Assembly: GCA_018435665.1 (NCBI GenBank)
Contig: JAHDND010000170.1
Coordinates: 7,629-71,628 of the forward strand
Length of the DNA: 64,000 nt
From: Candidatus Thiosymbion sp.
GTDB taxonomy: Bacteria > Pseudomonadota > Gammaproteobacteria > Chromatiales > Chromatiaceae
Direction of reading: 5' to 3'
Part shown: positions 8,885-17,958 of the stretch, piece after piece
How positions within the stretch are numbered: position 1 is the first letter of the stretch
How the letters are laid out: every line of letters starts with the position of its first letter
Notes under the pieces: generated by a model
The model's input: the letters and a program-made list of their open reading frames with translations, nothing else
Databases searched by the model: none
Told to the model about the DNA's origin: nothing
Program-made: the position numbers and the translations under genes

Positions 8885-10417
8885 CTAACCCTTGTCTTTC
8901 GCGGGCCTGGACTTGTCCTTCTGCTTCTCCGCCTCCTTTTGCTCCTCCCGGAGGGTTTCGAGACGGGCCTGGATCTCGGCGGCCTCGTGGAACCCAAGCC
9001 CCGGGGTACGCAGGGCGTACTCCAGTTGATGGATGGCGGGTTCCAGGTCACCCTTGAGATAGAGGGACTCGCCCCGGTAGCGATGGGTGGCGGCCTTGCG
9101 ACCAGATTTGAGGGCGGCATCGGACATGAGTTGATAGAGGGCGGCGCTGCCCGGTTTGAGCCGCACGGCTCCCTCCAGGGTGGCGAGGGCCCGGTCGGGC
9201 TTGCCGGCGGCAATGAGGGCCTCGGCATAGGCCGAGCGCAGGGGCTGATTGTCCGGATTCAGCCCGACGGCGGCCTGAAGCTTGCGGATGGCCTCCTCCC
9301 GGTTACCGAGTTGGCCGTCGATGCGGGCATCCAGGACGATGAACTCGGCCAGATGAGGCTGCTCCTTGACCAGGTCGCCCAGGGCCTGCCGGGCCTCCTG
9401 GGGGCGCCCGGCCCGCAGGTGCGCCAGGGCCAGGCCGTAATGCTCGGCGGGGCCGTTGCGGTAACGACTGGCCGCCAGGTTGGCGCGGAAGTGGGCGACG
9501 GCCTTGTCCGGGTCCTTGAAACCCTGTTCACGTAACCGCGCCCGGGCGAGGTGGAAGCGCAGGTCATCCGCCTTCTGTTTGTAGCCGTACTGCTCGGCCC
9601 GGGCCAGGGAGTCGGCGATGCGGTTGGGATTGACCGGGTGGGTGCGCAGAAATTCCGGGGCGCTGAGGTCACTGGTGTGGCTGGTTTGGCTCAGCCGCTC
9701 GAAAAAGCCCGGCATGGCGAAGGGGTCGTAGCCGGCGCCCGCCAGGCTGGCGATGCCGATGCGGTCGGCCTCTTCCTCGTTCTGGCGGGTGAAATTGATC
9801 CGCCGCTGAATGGCCAGGCCCTGGAGACCGGCGATGGCCGCCGCCCCGGCGTTGACGTCCACCTGGGCGCCGAGGATGGCGGCGGCGATCATCAGCAGGG
9901 TGGCGGGAACGGCGAGCTGCTGCTGGTCCTCGAGGGAACGCAGTAGGTGGCGCTGGCTGATGTGGGCGATTTCGTGCGCCAGGACCGCGGCGAGTTCGGA
10001 TTCGGTCTCCGCCGTGGTGACCAGGCCGGCGAAGACGCCGATATGGCCATCGGGGCCGGCGAAGGCATTGACCGTCGGCTGATCGACGAAAAAGAAGCTG
10101 TAACGCCCACCCCCTGTCTCGGCTGAGGCCACCAGCCGCTCCCCCAGGTCCTCCAGATAGTCCGTCAGCAGGGGATCATCCAGCACGGGCAGGGCCTTGC
10201 GGACGCTGCGCATGAAGGCCTTGCCAAGCTGGCGTTCCTGGGCGCCGGTCATGAGGGTATCCGCCGAGCTGCCGAAGTCCGGCAGGCGGAAGGGTTCATC
10301 CGCCCATGCCGGCGGTCCGGTCAGCAGCAAGGCGACCAGACAGGCGCGGCCGGCAACGCTGCCCAGGGTCCGCAGTGGGGCGCGGGGCCGAAGGGGGTGG
10401 TGCGGGGCGCCTGTCAT
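8885..10417 (-). CDS. bepA: Periplasmic M48 metalloprotease with TPR repeats (BepA/YfgC-like)
   Basis: 510 aa. Has a signal-like N-terminus, HEIAHISQRH (HExxH), and a C-terminal TPR-like helical repeat region. Confidence 0.8.
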   Translation of the reverse strand: MTGAPHHPLRPRAPLRTLGSVAGRACLVALLLTGPPAWADEPFRLPDFGSSADTLMTGAQERQLGKAFMRSVRKALPVLDDPLLTDYLEDLGERLVASAETGGGRYSFFFVDQPTVNAFAGPDGHIGVFAGLVTTAETESELAAVLAHEIAHISQRHLLRSLEDQQQLAVPATLLMIAAAILGAQVDVNAGAAAIAGLQGLAIQRRINFTRQNEEEADRIGIASLAGAGYDPFAMPGFFERLSQTSHTSDLSAPEFLRTHPVNPNRIADSLARAEQYGYKQKADDLRFHLARARLREQGFKDPDKAVAHFRANLAASRYRNGPAEHYGLALAHLRAGRPQEARQALGDLVKEQPHLAEFIVLDARIDGQLGNREEAIRKLQAAVGLNPDNQPLRSAYAEALIAAGKPDRALATLEGAVRLKPGSAALYQLMSDAALKSGRKAATHRYRGESLYLKGDLEPAIHQLEYALRTPGLGFHEAAEIQARLETLREEQKEAEKQKDKSRPAKDKG

Positions 10418-10601
10418 GACTGGATGAGCATCGTCAGGATGATCCGCATGGGTATAAGCCGCCTGCCGGAGGTCGCGCTGGGGCTTGGTCAGGTGGGATT
10501 ATGCCTCTTGGCGGGCCGGCTGAGTATGAAAAAACCAGGGAGACGGCGCCAAAATCCCCCTGATTGGAGTCATCGCCCCTTCAATTTTCAGGTTTCCCAA
10601 A

Positions 10602-10646
10602 CCGGGTGGCGTCTGGCGAGGGATAATCCGGCTGCCAGAAGGCCCG
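10602..10646. repeat. Short fragment related to the palindromic element termini
   Basis: CCGGGTGGCGTCTGGCGAGGG ... GCTGCCAGAAGGCCCG resembles the two terminal repeats with almost no core between them. Confidence 0.3.
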
Positions 10647-10654
10647 TGGGCAGT

Positions 10655-11977
10655 CTAATTGAGCTGGATGCGCTGCCCCCAAGGTACCTGCCCCTGACCC
10701 TTGATCAGCCAGACGACGGGAAACGCCGGCTCGCGCTCGGGAAAGTCCCCCAGGGCGTCGGTGAAATAGACTAGCAGGTCCGGCCGAAGCCCCTGCCGCT
10801 CCGCCCAGGCAAAGACCGGGCGGAAGTCGGTGCCGCCACCGCCCCGCATCTCCGCGGGGCGGCGGAATTCCTCCCAGGGCTCGAAGACCCAGGGTGAGCC
10901 AGGGCAGAGTTGGGCATCGCAGGCAAGCAGGCTGACGCGGGCGCGAACCTGGCCCTTGAGGGCATCGATTTCGGCGATGAATTCCTGGATCTCGGCATCC
11001 TTGATGGAGCCGGAGATATCCGCCGCCACCACCAGTTCCAGTTGATGACTGCGCAGGGCCGGGCGGATGTAGTCACCCTCCCGTCGGGAGGGCCGGCTGT
11101 AGCTGAAATCGTCCCGGGCGGTGGCGCTCATGAACCTGGCCAGCAACTGGCGCCAGGGGACCTGGGGTTGGAGCAGATGGTCGATCAGGCGCGCCAGTTC
11201 GCCGCCCAGCTTGCCATGCCGCAGGGCCTGCTGGGCGGCGCCGGCGAGGCGCTGGTGCCACTGCACCGCCAGGTCCGTTTGCTCGTCGGGGCTCAAGGGG
11301 CTAGGTTGCGGGGCGCCGCCGTCCCGGTGCTGGCTGGTGCCCTCGCTGGGCTGAGGCTGGTTGCCCCCGCCCTCGCCATCGGTCTCCGGTTGTGGTTGGG
11401 TGCCCTCATTCGAGCGATCCAGGTCCTTTTCGGACAGCCCGGAGGTCTGTCCCCCCCGCTGGTTATCCTCGTCATAGACGTGGCGGTCCAGGGTCTCGGC
11501 GTCATCCTCATCCTCGATCAGGGGGTAGATCTCCTCGGCCGTCAGCCCCTTGAAGCGGGGATTGTGCAGGGCGTCCGGGGGCGGGGTCAGACCATCGTCG
11601 ATGAGCAGGGGGTTGACGGCGTGGTCACAGGCCAGGTCCCACTTCCGCCGTACCCGGTGCTGACGGCGGGCGAAGTGGGAGAGGGCGCAGTGCAGGGCGT
11701 CGTGGGCAAGCACGAACTGGGTCTGGTCCAGGGTCAGGGCGGCGATGTAGGCCGGGTTGTAATAGAAGGCCCGGGCGTCGGTGGCGGTGGTCGGGCACCA
11801 CTGGGGGTCCGCCGGCTTGATCGGCAGGCGCAGGGCCAGGGCGCCGAGAAAGGGCTTGTCGAGGATGAGCCGGGTTCGGGCCGCCGCCAGCTTGGTCTCG
11901 ATGGCGTGCAGGTCCGGGCCAGTCCCCGGGGAAGAGGCACTGGAGAACGGGGCGCTGAGGGGGGCTTTACTGTTCAT
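10655..11977 (-). CDS. DUF2201-type protein: N-terminal putative metallopeptidase-like domain plus C-terminal VWA-like domain
   Basis: 440 aa. Starts ...LILDKPFLGALALRLP...AFYYNP...FVLAHDALHCALSHF. Has an acidic low-complexity linker. The C-terminal part reads VVAADISGSI...LLACDA...GGGGTDF. Downstream of a MoxR-type ATPase. Confidence 0.8.
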   Translation of the reverse strand: MNSKAPLSAPFSSASSPGTGPDLHAIETKLAAARTRLILDKPFLGALALRLPIKPADPQWCPTTATDARAFYYNPAYIAALTLDQTQFVLAHDALHCALSHFARRQHRVRRKWDLACDHAVNPLLIDDGLTPPPDALHNPRFKGLTAEEIYPLIEDEDDAETLDRHVYDEDNQRGGQTSGLSEKDLDRSNEGTQPQPETDGEGGGNQPQPSEGTSQHRDGGAPQPSPLSPDEQTDLAVQWHQRLAGAAQQALRHGKLGGELARLIDHLLQPQVPWRQLLARFMSATARDDFSYSRPSRREGDYIRPALRSHQLELVVAADISGSIKDAEIQEFIAEIDALKGQVRARVSLLACDAQLCPGSPWVFEPWEEFRRPAEMRGGGGTDFRPVFAWAERQGLRPDLLVYFTDALGDFPEREPAFPVVWLIKGQGQVPWGQRIQLN

Positions 11978-12129
11978 GACCTCAGGATTCAGGGCCTCGG
12001 GGGGCGGGGTGGGGGAGACCAGCCGGCCTCCCAGGCCGGTGGGCGGGTGTCACCGTTGGAGATAGCGGCACCGAACATCAATTTCCGTAAGAGACAAGGG
12101 TTTTCGGCTGGTCCCGGGATCGCCTGGCC

Positions 12130-13173
12130 TCAGGCATAGAGCATGAGATCGGCGATGGATTGGGCCCAATCGCCAAAGGCCGGGACTTCGAAGAGCCGGT
12201 TGCCGATGGCGCGGTGGAGATCGGAGACCAGCATGACGCCCATCTCCCGCTGAGGAAAGCGCCCGGCGTAGGCCAGGATATGGCCGACGCGGACGGGGCC
12301 GTCGGCGGCGTCGAGGGCGCGTATGGCCCGACCGACCAGGGCGGCGGCGACGGCATATTGCAGGTCGATCTCACTGGGGACCGTCACCTCCTCGCCCCGT
12401 AGGATGGCTTCCAGGTCTGGCATCCGGTCCAGGCTGTTGATGAAGGCATTGAGCTCGATACCCGTCGCCGGCCCGACGCAGCCCTGGAGGGTCCCTTGCA
12501 GCAGGTCAGGCTCGTCACCGAATTTCTGCAGGCCACGATGGGCAAACTCCCAGGAGCGGGGGGAGGGGAAGGCGATGGGATTGTGGGCCGGGTCGAAGTC
12601 GAACAGCCGCTCGGGGCGGAAGCGTAGGAAGGCGATGACCCGCTCGTCGATGCCGTGGGCATAGGCCCAGGCGACCCAGTCATCCAGATGGGTCTCCACC
12701 TCGAAGTGGGAGAAGCGGTTGGCCAGGGGCGCGGGCATGGTGTAGGTCACGCCCCGGTCGCCCTGGCGGTTGCCCGCGGCGAAAATGGCCCAGTGGTCAG
12801 GCACCTGGTATTCCCCCAGCCGGCGATCGAGGATCAGCTGGTAGGCGGCGGCGGAGACCGCCGGCGGCGCCGAGGTGATCTCGTCCAGGAAGAGGATGCC
12901 CGTCTCGCCGTGGCGCGTGGCATCGGGCAGGATGGCGGGCACCGCCCATTCCACCTGGTTACCTACCCGGAAGGGAATCCCCCGCAGATCGCTGGGCTCC
13001 ATCTGGGACAAGCGGATGTCAATCATAGGGGCCCCGTGGCGGGCGGCGACTTGGGCGACCATCTGCGATTTGCCCACCCCCGGGGGGCCCCAGAGCATGA
13101 CGGGGGTGTGGTGGCCCTGGGTGGTGCTGGTGAACTCCCGGTCGAGGACACGGATCAGGTGAGCTGGGCGCAT
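12130..13173 (-). CDS. MoxR-like AAA+ ATPase
   Basis: 347 aa. Walker A is GPPGVGKS, Walker B is ILFLDEI. Typical MoxR size and a C-terminal helical lid. Confidence 0.85.
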   Translation of the reverse strand: MRPAHLIRVLDREFTSTTQGHHTPVMLWGPPGVGKSQMVAQVAARHGAPMIDIRLSQMEPSDLRGIPFRVGNQVEWAVPAILPDATRHGETGILFLDEITSAPPAVSAAAYQLILDRRLGEYQVPDHWAIFAAGNRQGDRGVTYTMPAPLANRFSHFEVETHLDDWVAWAYAHGIDERVIAFLRFRPERLFDFDPAHNPIAFPSPRSWEFAHRGLQKFGDEPDLLQGTLQGCVGPATGIELNAFINSLDRMPDLEAILRGEEVTVPSEIDLQYAVAAALVGRAIRALDAADGPVRVGHILAYAGRFPQREMGVMLVSDLHRAIGNRLFEVPAFGDWAQSIADLMLYA

Positions 13174-13656
13174 GGTGGTGGTCGTTGGTCTGGGGCGGGG
13201 GTAAACGGGAGGGGTGGCGGGGCGCGTCGCGAGGGGGTTCTCGCTGGCTGGGATGGGCTAAAGGTATGGTCCCTTCCTACGGATGGCAAGCGCCTGGCGA
13301 CCCTTCTGCCAGGCTGGCATCTATAAGAAAAACGAAGTATTCTTATGGCCATCCACGACAAAGCCCTCCAGGGTCTGGCACAGGTGGACTCGGCTTTGGG
13401 GGCGTGGTGCGCCTGGTTCGGGCTCGACCGCTCAACCCGCGAGGCCGATGGCGGATCCGCGCGGCTACCCTCAGGTGTCGTCGCGACCCTTCCCCATCAG
13501 GGGCGGAGTCAGAGGCGGCAGGTCCAGCGGCGAGAGAAAGACGACCGTCCGAGGGCAGGGCAGCCTGCCCGTTTGCCAAATCAGCCGGGTCGGGTAACAA
13601 TTAAAAAATTTCCGGAGGCCCTAGCCTCCTCATCGCTATAGCTCGGAGACAGGAAA

Positions 13657-13854
13657 ATGAACCAGTTCTATTACGACGCCGTCACCAAAATGGAGCAGAT
13701 GGGTGTCGATGACGAATACATTCAGGGTTGGCAGTGCGGTTTTCTGCAAAACCCCAAGCGTGAGGAGCAGCGCCTGACCGACGCCTATGAGGCCGGTTAT
13801 GCCGATGGCGAAGAAAAGAGTACCGATAACTTCGGTGAGTGGGTCAAAGGCTGA
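13657..13854 (+). CDS. Small hypothetical protein (65 aa)
   Basis: ATG preceded by GGAGACAGG (13645-13653). Balanced, acidic composition. Followed by a strong terminator. I recognise no family. Confidence 0.5.
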   Translation: MNQFYYDAVTKMEQMGVDDEYIQGWQCGFLQNPKREEQRLTDAYEAGYADGEEKSTDNFGEWVKG

Positions 13855-13897
13855 TCCAGGCTCGGGACCGCCCCTGCGGGAGCGGGTGGTCGATCTC

Positions 13898-13923
13898 AAG
13901 GGCGGGTGATCCCCGCCCTTTTT
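13898..13923 (+). terminator. Rho-independent terminator after the 65-aa ORF
   Basis: AAGGGCGGG-tgatc-CCCGCCCTT followed by a T-run (13919-13923). Confidence 0.65.
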
Positions 13924-13944
13924 CATGTGTCCTTGGGTGACGGT

Positions 13945-14883
13945 ATGCCAGATGCATCAACCCAGACCCCGACCTTGACTGTCCATCCGGGCTGCAACCC
14001 CGGGGCCACGCGTCTTCGCCACCTCCTGGCGGGACAAGATTTTCTGGTGATGCCCTGTTGCTTCGATGGCCTCTCCGCCCGGCTCATCGAGCTGGCTGGC
14101 TTCCCCCTGACCTTCATGAGCGGTTTTGCCGTCGCCGCGGCCCGCCTTGCCCGCCCCGATACCGGGCTCCTTTCCTATGGCGAGGTGCTCGACCAGGGGC
14201 GCGCCATCCTCGAAGCCGTCAGCATCCCCATCATTGGTGATGGCGATACCGGTTACGGCAACGTCGCCAATGTGCAACGCACCCTGGCGGGTTATGCCCG
14301 CGCCGGATTCGCCGGGATCATGATCGAGGACCAACTCTCCCCTAAGCGCTGCGGCCATACCGCGGGAAAGGAGGTGGTGGGACGCGACGAGGCCTGCGCC
14401 CGCATCCGGTCCGCCGTCGCGGCCCGGGACGCCGGGGCTGATATCCTGATCATGGCCCGTACCGACGCCCGCGCCACCCGGGGTCTGGCCGAGGCCTTAT
14501 GGCGGCTCCAGGCCTTCGCCGATCTCGGCGCCGACATCCTCTTCCTGGAGGCCCCGCGGGACGAGGCGGAGATGCGCGCCTTTTGCGCCGCCGTCCCTGG
14601 CCCTAAAATGGCCAACATGTTGGAGGAAGGCCTGAGCCCCCTGCTGCCGCCCGCGCGCCTCGCCGAGATCGGTTACAAGATCGCCGCTTATCCGCTGACC
14701 TTGCTTAACGCGGCGGTCCATGCCATGCAAGAGGCCCTCGCGGAACTTCGGAACGGTCAGGTCCCCCAGCGCCGGGTTTCCTTCGCCACCATCCGCCATC
14801 TGGTTGGTTTCGATGCTTACGATCAACTCCTGGCGCGCTTTGCCGCGCCCGACGACCAACCGGATGTTCAACCCCGGCGCTAA
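13945..14883 (+). CDS. Isocitrate lyase / PEP mutase superfamily protein (methylisocitrate-lyase / oxaloacetate-decarboxylase-like)
   Basis: Contains GDGDTGYG, IEDQ..PKRCGH and ARTDA motifs. The ATG at 13945 was chosen because the longer ORF starts inside the terminator hairpin. Confidence 0.85.
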   Translation: MPDASTQTPTLTVHPGCNPGATRLRHLLAGQDFLVMPCCFDGLSARLIELAGFPLTFMSGFAVAAARLARPDTGLLSYGEVLDQGRAILEAVSIPIIGDGDTGYGNVANVQRTLAGYARAGFAGIMIEDQLSPKRCGHTAGKEVVGRDEACARIRSAVAARDAGADILIMARTDARATRGLAEALWRLQAFADLGADILFLEAPRDEAEMRAFCAAVPGPKMANMLEEGLSPLLPPARLAEIGYKIAAYPLTLLNAAVHAMQEALAELRNGQVPQRRVSFATIRHLVGFDAYDQLLARFAAPDDQPDVQPRR

Positions 14884-15022
14884 TTGACCTGAGGGGGTCA
14901 GCCACACCCCAATAGATGAAAGACTCCGCCTTGTGTCTCACGCCAAATGAACCGGATCGCCTGCTCCTGACCCTCCTCGCCACCTTCCTCCACCTCGCCT
15001 AAATCGCCTGGAAGCCATCACC

Positions 15023-16105
15023 GTGACCCCGCTCAAGAACGATACCTTTCTGCGTGCCCTGCTGCGCCAACCCGTGGACTACACCCCGATCTGGATGATG
15101 CGCCAGGCCGGTCGTTATCTGCCGGAATACCGGGCAAGCCGCTCCCGGGCTGGCTGTTTCATGGGGCTGTGCCAGAACCCCGAACTGGCCTGCGAGGTCA
15201 CCCTTCAGCCCCTGGACCGATTTCCTCTGGATGCCGCCATCCTCTTTTCCGACATCCTCACCGTGCCGGATGCCATGGGCCTGGGGCTTTACTTTACCGA
15301 GGGGGAGGGGCCCCATTTCGAGCGCCCGGTGCGCACCCGGGAAGACGTGCGGCGCCTGGGGGTGCCGGACATGACCAGCGACCTGGGGTATGTCATGGAC
15401 GCCGTGGCCCTGATCCGGCGCGAACTAGACGGGCGCGCGCCCCTCATCGGCTTCTCCGGCAGCCCCTGGACCCTGGCGACCTACATGGTCGAGGGTGGCG
15501 GCTCCAAGACCTTCGCCCGCAGCAAGGCGATGATGTTCGACCAGTCGGCCCTGATGCACGAGCTGCTCGCCCTGGTCGCCGAAGCCGTCACCCAATACCT
15601 CAACGCCCAAGTGGCCAGCGGCGCCCAGGCCCTGATGATCTTCGACACCTGGGGCGGCTCACTGACCCCCCGGGACTACCGGGAATTCTCCCTGGCCTAC
15701 ATGAGCCGCATCGTCGCCGGCCTCACCCGCGAGGCCGAGGGCCGGCGGGTGCCGGTCATCCTCTTCACCAAGGGCGGCGGCCAGTGGCTGGAGGCCATGG
15801 CGGAGTCGGGATGTGACGCCCTGGGCCTGGACTGGACCACCGACCTGGGCGATGCCCGCCAACGGGTCGGCCAGCGAGTGGCCTTACAGGGCAACATGGA
15901 CCCCTGCCTGCTCTACGCCAGCCCGGAGCGGATCCGGTCCGAGGTCGCTACCATCCTCGCCAGCTATGGCGCGGGGACCGGCCATGTCTTCAATCTCGGT
16001 CATGGGATCCACCCCGACGTGGAGCCGGAGCGCGCCGCGGCCTTGGTGGCGGCGGTCCATGAACTGAGCAGGCCCTATCACGCGCTGGATCGCTCCGACA
16101 GCTGA
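15023..16105 (+). CDS. hemE: Uroporphyrinogen decarboxylase
   Basis: GTG start. Starts [33 protein letters not shown] and contains [14 protein letters not shown]. Confidence 0.95.
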   Translation: MTPLKNDTFLRALLRQPVDYTPIWMMRQAGRYLPEYRASRSRAGCFMGLCQNPELACEVTLQPLDRFPLDAAILFSDILTVPDAMGLGLYFTEGEGPHFERPVRTREDVRRLGVPDMTSDLGYVMDAVALIRRELDGRAPLIGFSGSPWTLATYMVEGGGSKTFARSKAMMFDQSALMHELLALVAEAVTQYLNAQVASGAQALMIFDTWGGSLTPRDYREFSLAYMSRIVAGLTREAEGRRVPVILFTKGGGQWLEAMAESGCDALGLDWTTDLGDARQRVGQRVALQGNMDPCLLYASPERIRSEVATILASYGAGTGHVFNLGHGIHPDVEPERAAALVAAVHELSRPYHALDRSDS

Positions 16106-16215
16106 AGGGTTCCATCGACCGTACACAGGGTGGACCTACCCGGTTAGGGTTTTCGCCCCTCAATGCCGGCTTCCCGGGGGCGGTGTTGGTCTAGCCGCAC
16201 ATTCCCCGGACCGAC

Positions 16216-16800
16216 TTAGGCACCCAAGGCTTGAGCGGTCTCCGGCGGGTCGCGAAGCTGCCGTTGTCGATAGCGTTGCAAGGGGGCCTGCTTGCAGTCG
16301 TCGCACAGGGTGTGGATGACCCAAAGATCACGATTCCTGTTCTCCTCGAAGGGGTCGACCCAGACCCCTTCTTCCCTGATACGGCAGCAGATACTGCACC
16401 TCTGAAGGGCCCGCTGGCCATAATCGGCCGTGCGGACCCGGATCCTGAGGTTGGTCAGTTCTTCATGCTCCAGGTGGTGGGTGACGCGCACGCCCCCATC
16501 GGCCAAGGGTTCCAGCACCATGACAAAGCGTCGCTTGGTCGTGGGACTGTCGCAGCGGTAGGAAACGGCCTCGCTCTGGCCGGAGACGCGCACCCGCATC
16601 AGGATGGCGGTCATGAACATCCGCACCGAGTCACCGGTGATGGCATCCATCAGCCGGCCTCCCACCACCAGGTCCGCGCAGGCGGACCGGCCCTCATTGT
16701 CCAGGGCGAACTGATCCCATTCCGGGCTGACCGCGATGATCCGGTCGCGCCGATCCAGCGTGTAGGCGGTGAGCATCAGCTTTACCCTCAGCGCAGCCAT
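16216..16800 (-). CDS. Hypothetical protein: PAS-like N-terminal fold plus C-terminal four-Cys zinc-ribbon-like motif
   Basis: 194 aa. YTLDRRDRIIAVSPEWDQFALDN...VVGGRLMD...YRCDSPTTKRRFVMVLEPLADGGVRV resembles a PAS core. The C-terminus has CSICC...(27 aa)...CDDC. Divergent from soxY. Confidence 0.6.
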   Translation of the reverse strand: MAALRVKLMLTAYTLDRRDRIIAVSPEWDQFALDNEGRSACADLVVGGRLMDAITGDSVRMFMTAILMRVRVSGQSEAVSYRCDSPTTKRRFVMVLEPLADGGVRVTHHLEHEELTNLRIRVRTADYGQRALQRCSICCRIREEGVWVDPFEENRNRDLWVIHTLCDDCKQAPLQRYRQRQLRDPPETAQALGA

Positions 16801-17056
16801 TAACTGCCCTTCATTCTAGCCGCTGTTATCAAGATGGGGGTGACTTCCCGAAGCCGCGCCGGGACATGGGCGTCTGGCCGGAGACAGGATAAGTTGGAGA
16901 GGGAGGATTATTAGCATTCGCTAACTATATAGAATTCTGAATATTAAGGAAAACCAGAATACGAAATTGAGGAATTTGGCAATGTCGCGCTTGCCAGCGG
17001 CACCTCATAATCATGGCTGAACTTGTGTAGCGATACCCAACCTCGGAGAACCTGCC

Positions 17057-17536
17057 GTGAAACTGCAACCCCAACGTCGCACCTTCCTCAAGGGCACCCT
17101 TGCCGGTGGCGCGGTCCTGGCCGCCGCTGGCCTCGGTTTGATACCCAGCCGGCTGGCCCTGGCCGCCTGGCCAGAGGCGGCCTTCCACGCCACCTCGCTG
17201 GATGAGGCCCTCAATAAAGTCTTTGGTTCCAGCACCCTGGAGGCCAGTGACAAGGTCGTCCTCAAGGCCCCGAGCATCGCCGAAAATGGCGCCGTGGTGC
17301 CCATCACCGTGAACGCCGAGCAACTCCCGAACGTGGAGTCCATCAGCCTCTTCTCCGAGAAAAATCCCACCCCCTTCGTGGCGCGCTTCAATCTCAAGCC
17401 TGGCTGCGTGGCCGATATCTCCACCCGGGTCAAGATGGGTGAGAGCGGCGATGTCATCGCCGTGGTCAAGGCGGACGGCAAGCTCTACAGCGCCCGCACC
17501 AACGTCAAGGTCACCGTGGGCGGCTGCGGCGGTTAA
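17057..17536 (+). CDS. soxY: SoxY sulfur-carrier protein (paralog 2), Tat signal, canonical GGCGG end
   Basis: GTG start. Has QRRTFLKG, APSIAENGAVVPITV and ends KVTVGGCGG. Confidence 0.92.
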   Translation: MKLQPQRRTFLKGTLAGGAVLAAAGLGLIPSRLALAAWPEAAFHATSLDEALNKVFGSSTLEASDKVVLKAPSIAENGAVVPITVNAEQLPNVESISLFSEKNPTPFVARFNLKPGCVADISTRVKMGESGDVIAVVKADGKLYSARTNVKVTVGGCGG

Positions 17537-17580
17537 GCCCCCTCAAGCCCCCTGCACCCCCCTTTCTGGAGAAGCATCCC

Positions 17581-17889
17581 ATGTCCGAAGTCAAACTCCG
17601 CGCCGCCTTGAAGGACGGCAAGTGTGAAGTCAAGGCCCTCATGACCCATCCCATGGAAACCGGTCGCCGCAAGGACAAGGACGGCAACCTGGTTCCGGCC
17701 CATTTCATCCAGACCATCGAACTGCTCCACAACGGCAACCTGATGATGGAGGCCGAATGGGGCGGGGCCATCTCGACCAACCCCTTCTTCTCGATCGCCC
17801 TCAACAACGTGGCGGTGGGGGACACCATCGAGGTGCGCTGGGTCGACAACAAAGGCGAGAAGAGTTCCGGCACCGTCAAGGTGAAGTAA
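17581..17889 (+). CDS. soxZ: SoxZ (paralog 2)
   Basis: 102 aa. Contains KALMTHPMETG...PAHFIQ. Confidence 0.92.
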   Translation: MSEVKLRAALKDGKCEVKALMTHPMETGRRKDKDGNLVPAHFIQTIELLHNGNLMMEAEWGGAISTNPFFSIALNNVAVGDTIEVRWVDNKGEKSSGTVKVK

Positions 17890-17958
17890 CGGTGAAGTCA
17901 CTGGGGGGCCGCCCGCTCGACTCCCCCAGCGCTCAGGTCCTATCCCGAGGAGGATGAC

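Noticed and set aside
13345-13641. A 98-aa ORF in the long intergenic region upstream of the 65-aa ORF.
   Set aside because: The first third looks codon-like, but the remainder is Arg/Gln/Pro-rich (RSQRRQVQRREKDDRPRAGQPARLPNQPGR). There is no RBS, and it ends in the promoter/RBS region of the next ORF, so it is probably not a gene.
16977-16995. TGGCA...TTGCC upstream of soxY, resembling a sigma54 -24/-12 promoter.
   Set aside because: The GG and GC dinucleotides are 15 nt apart instead of the canonical 12, so the spacing is wrong for RpoN recognition.
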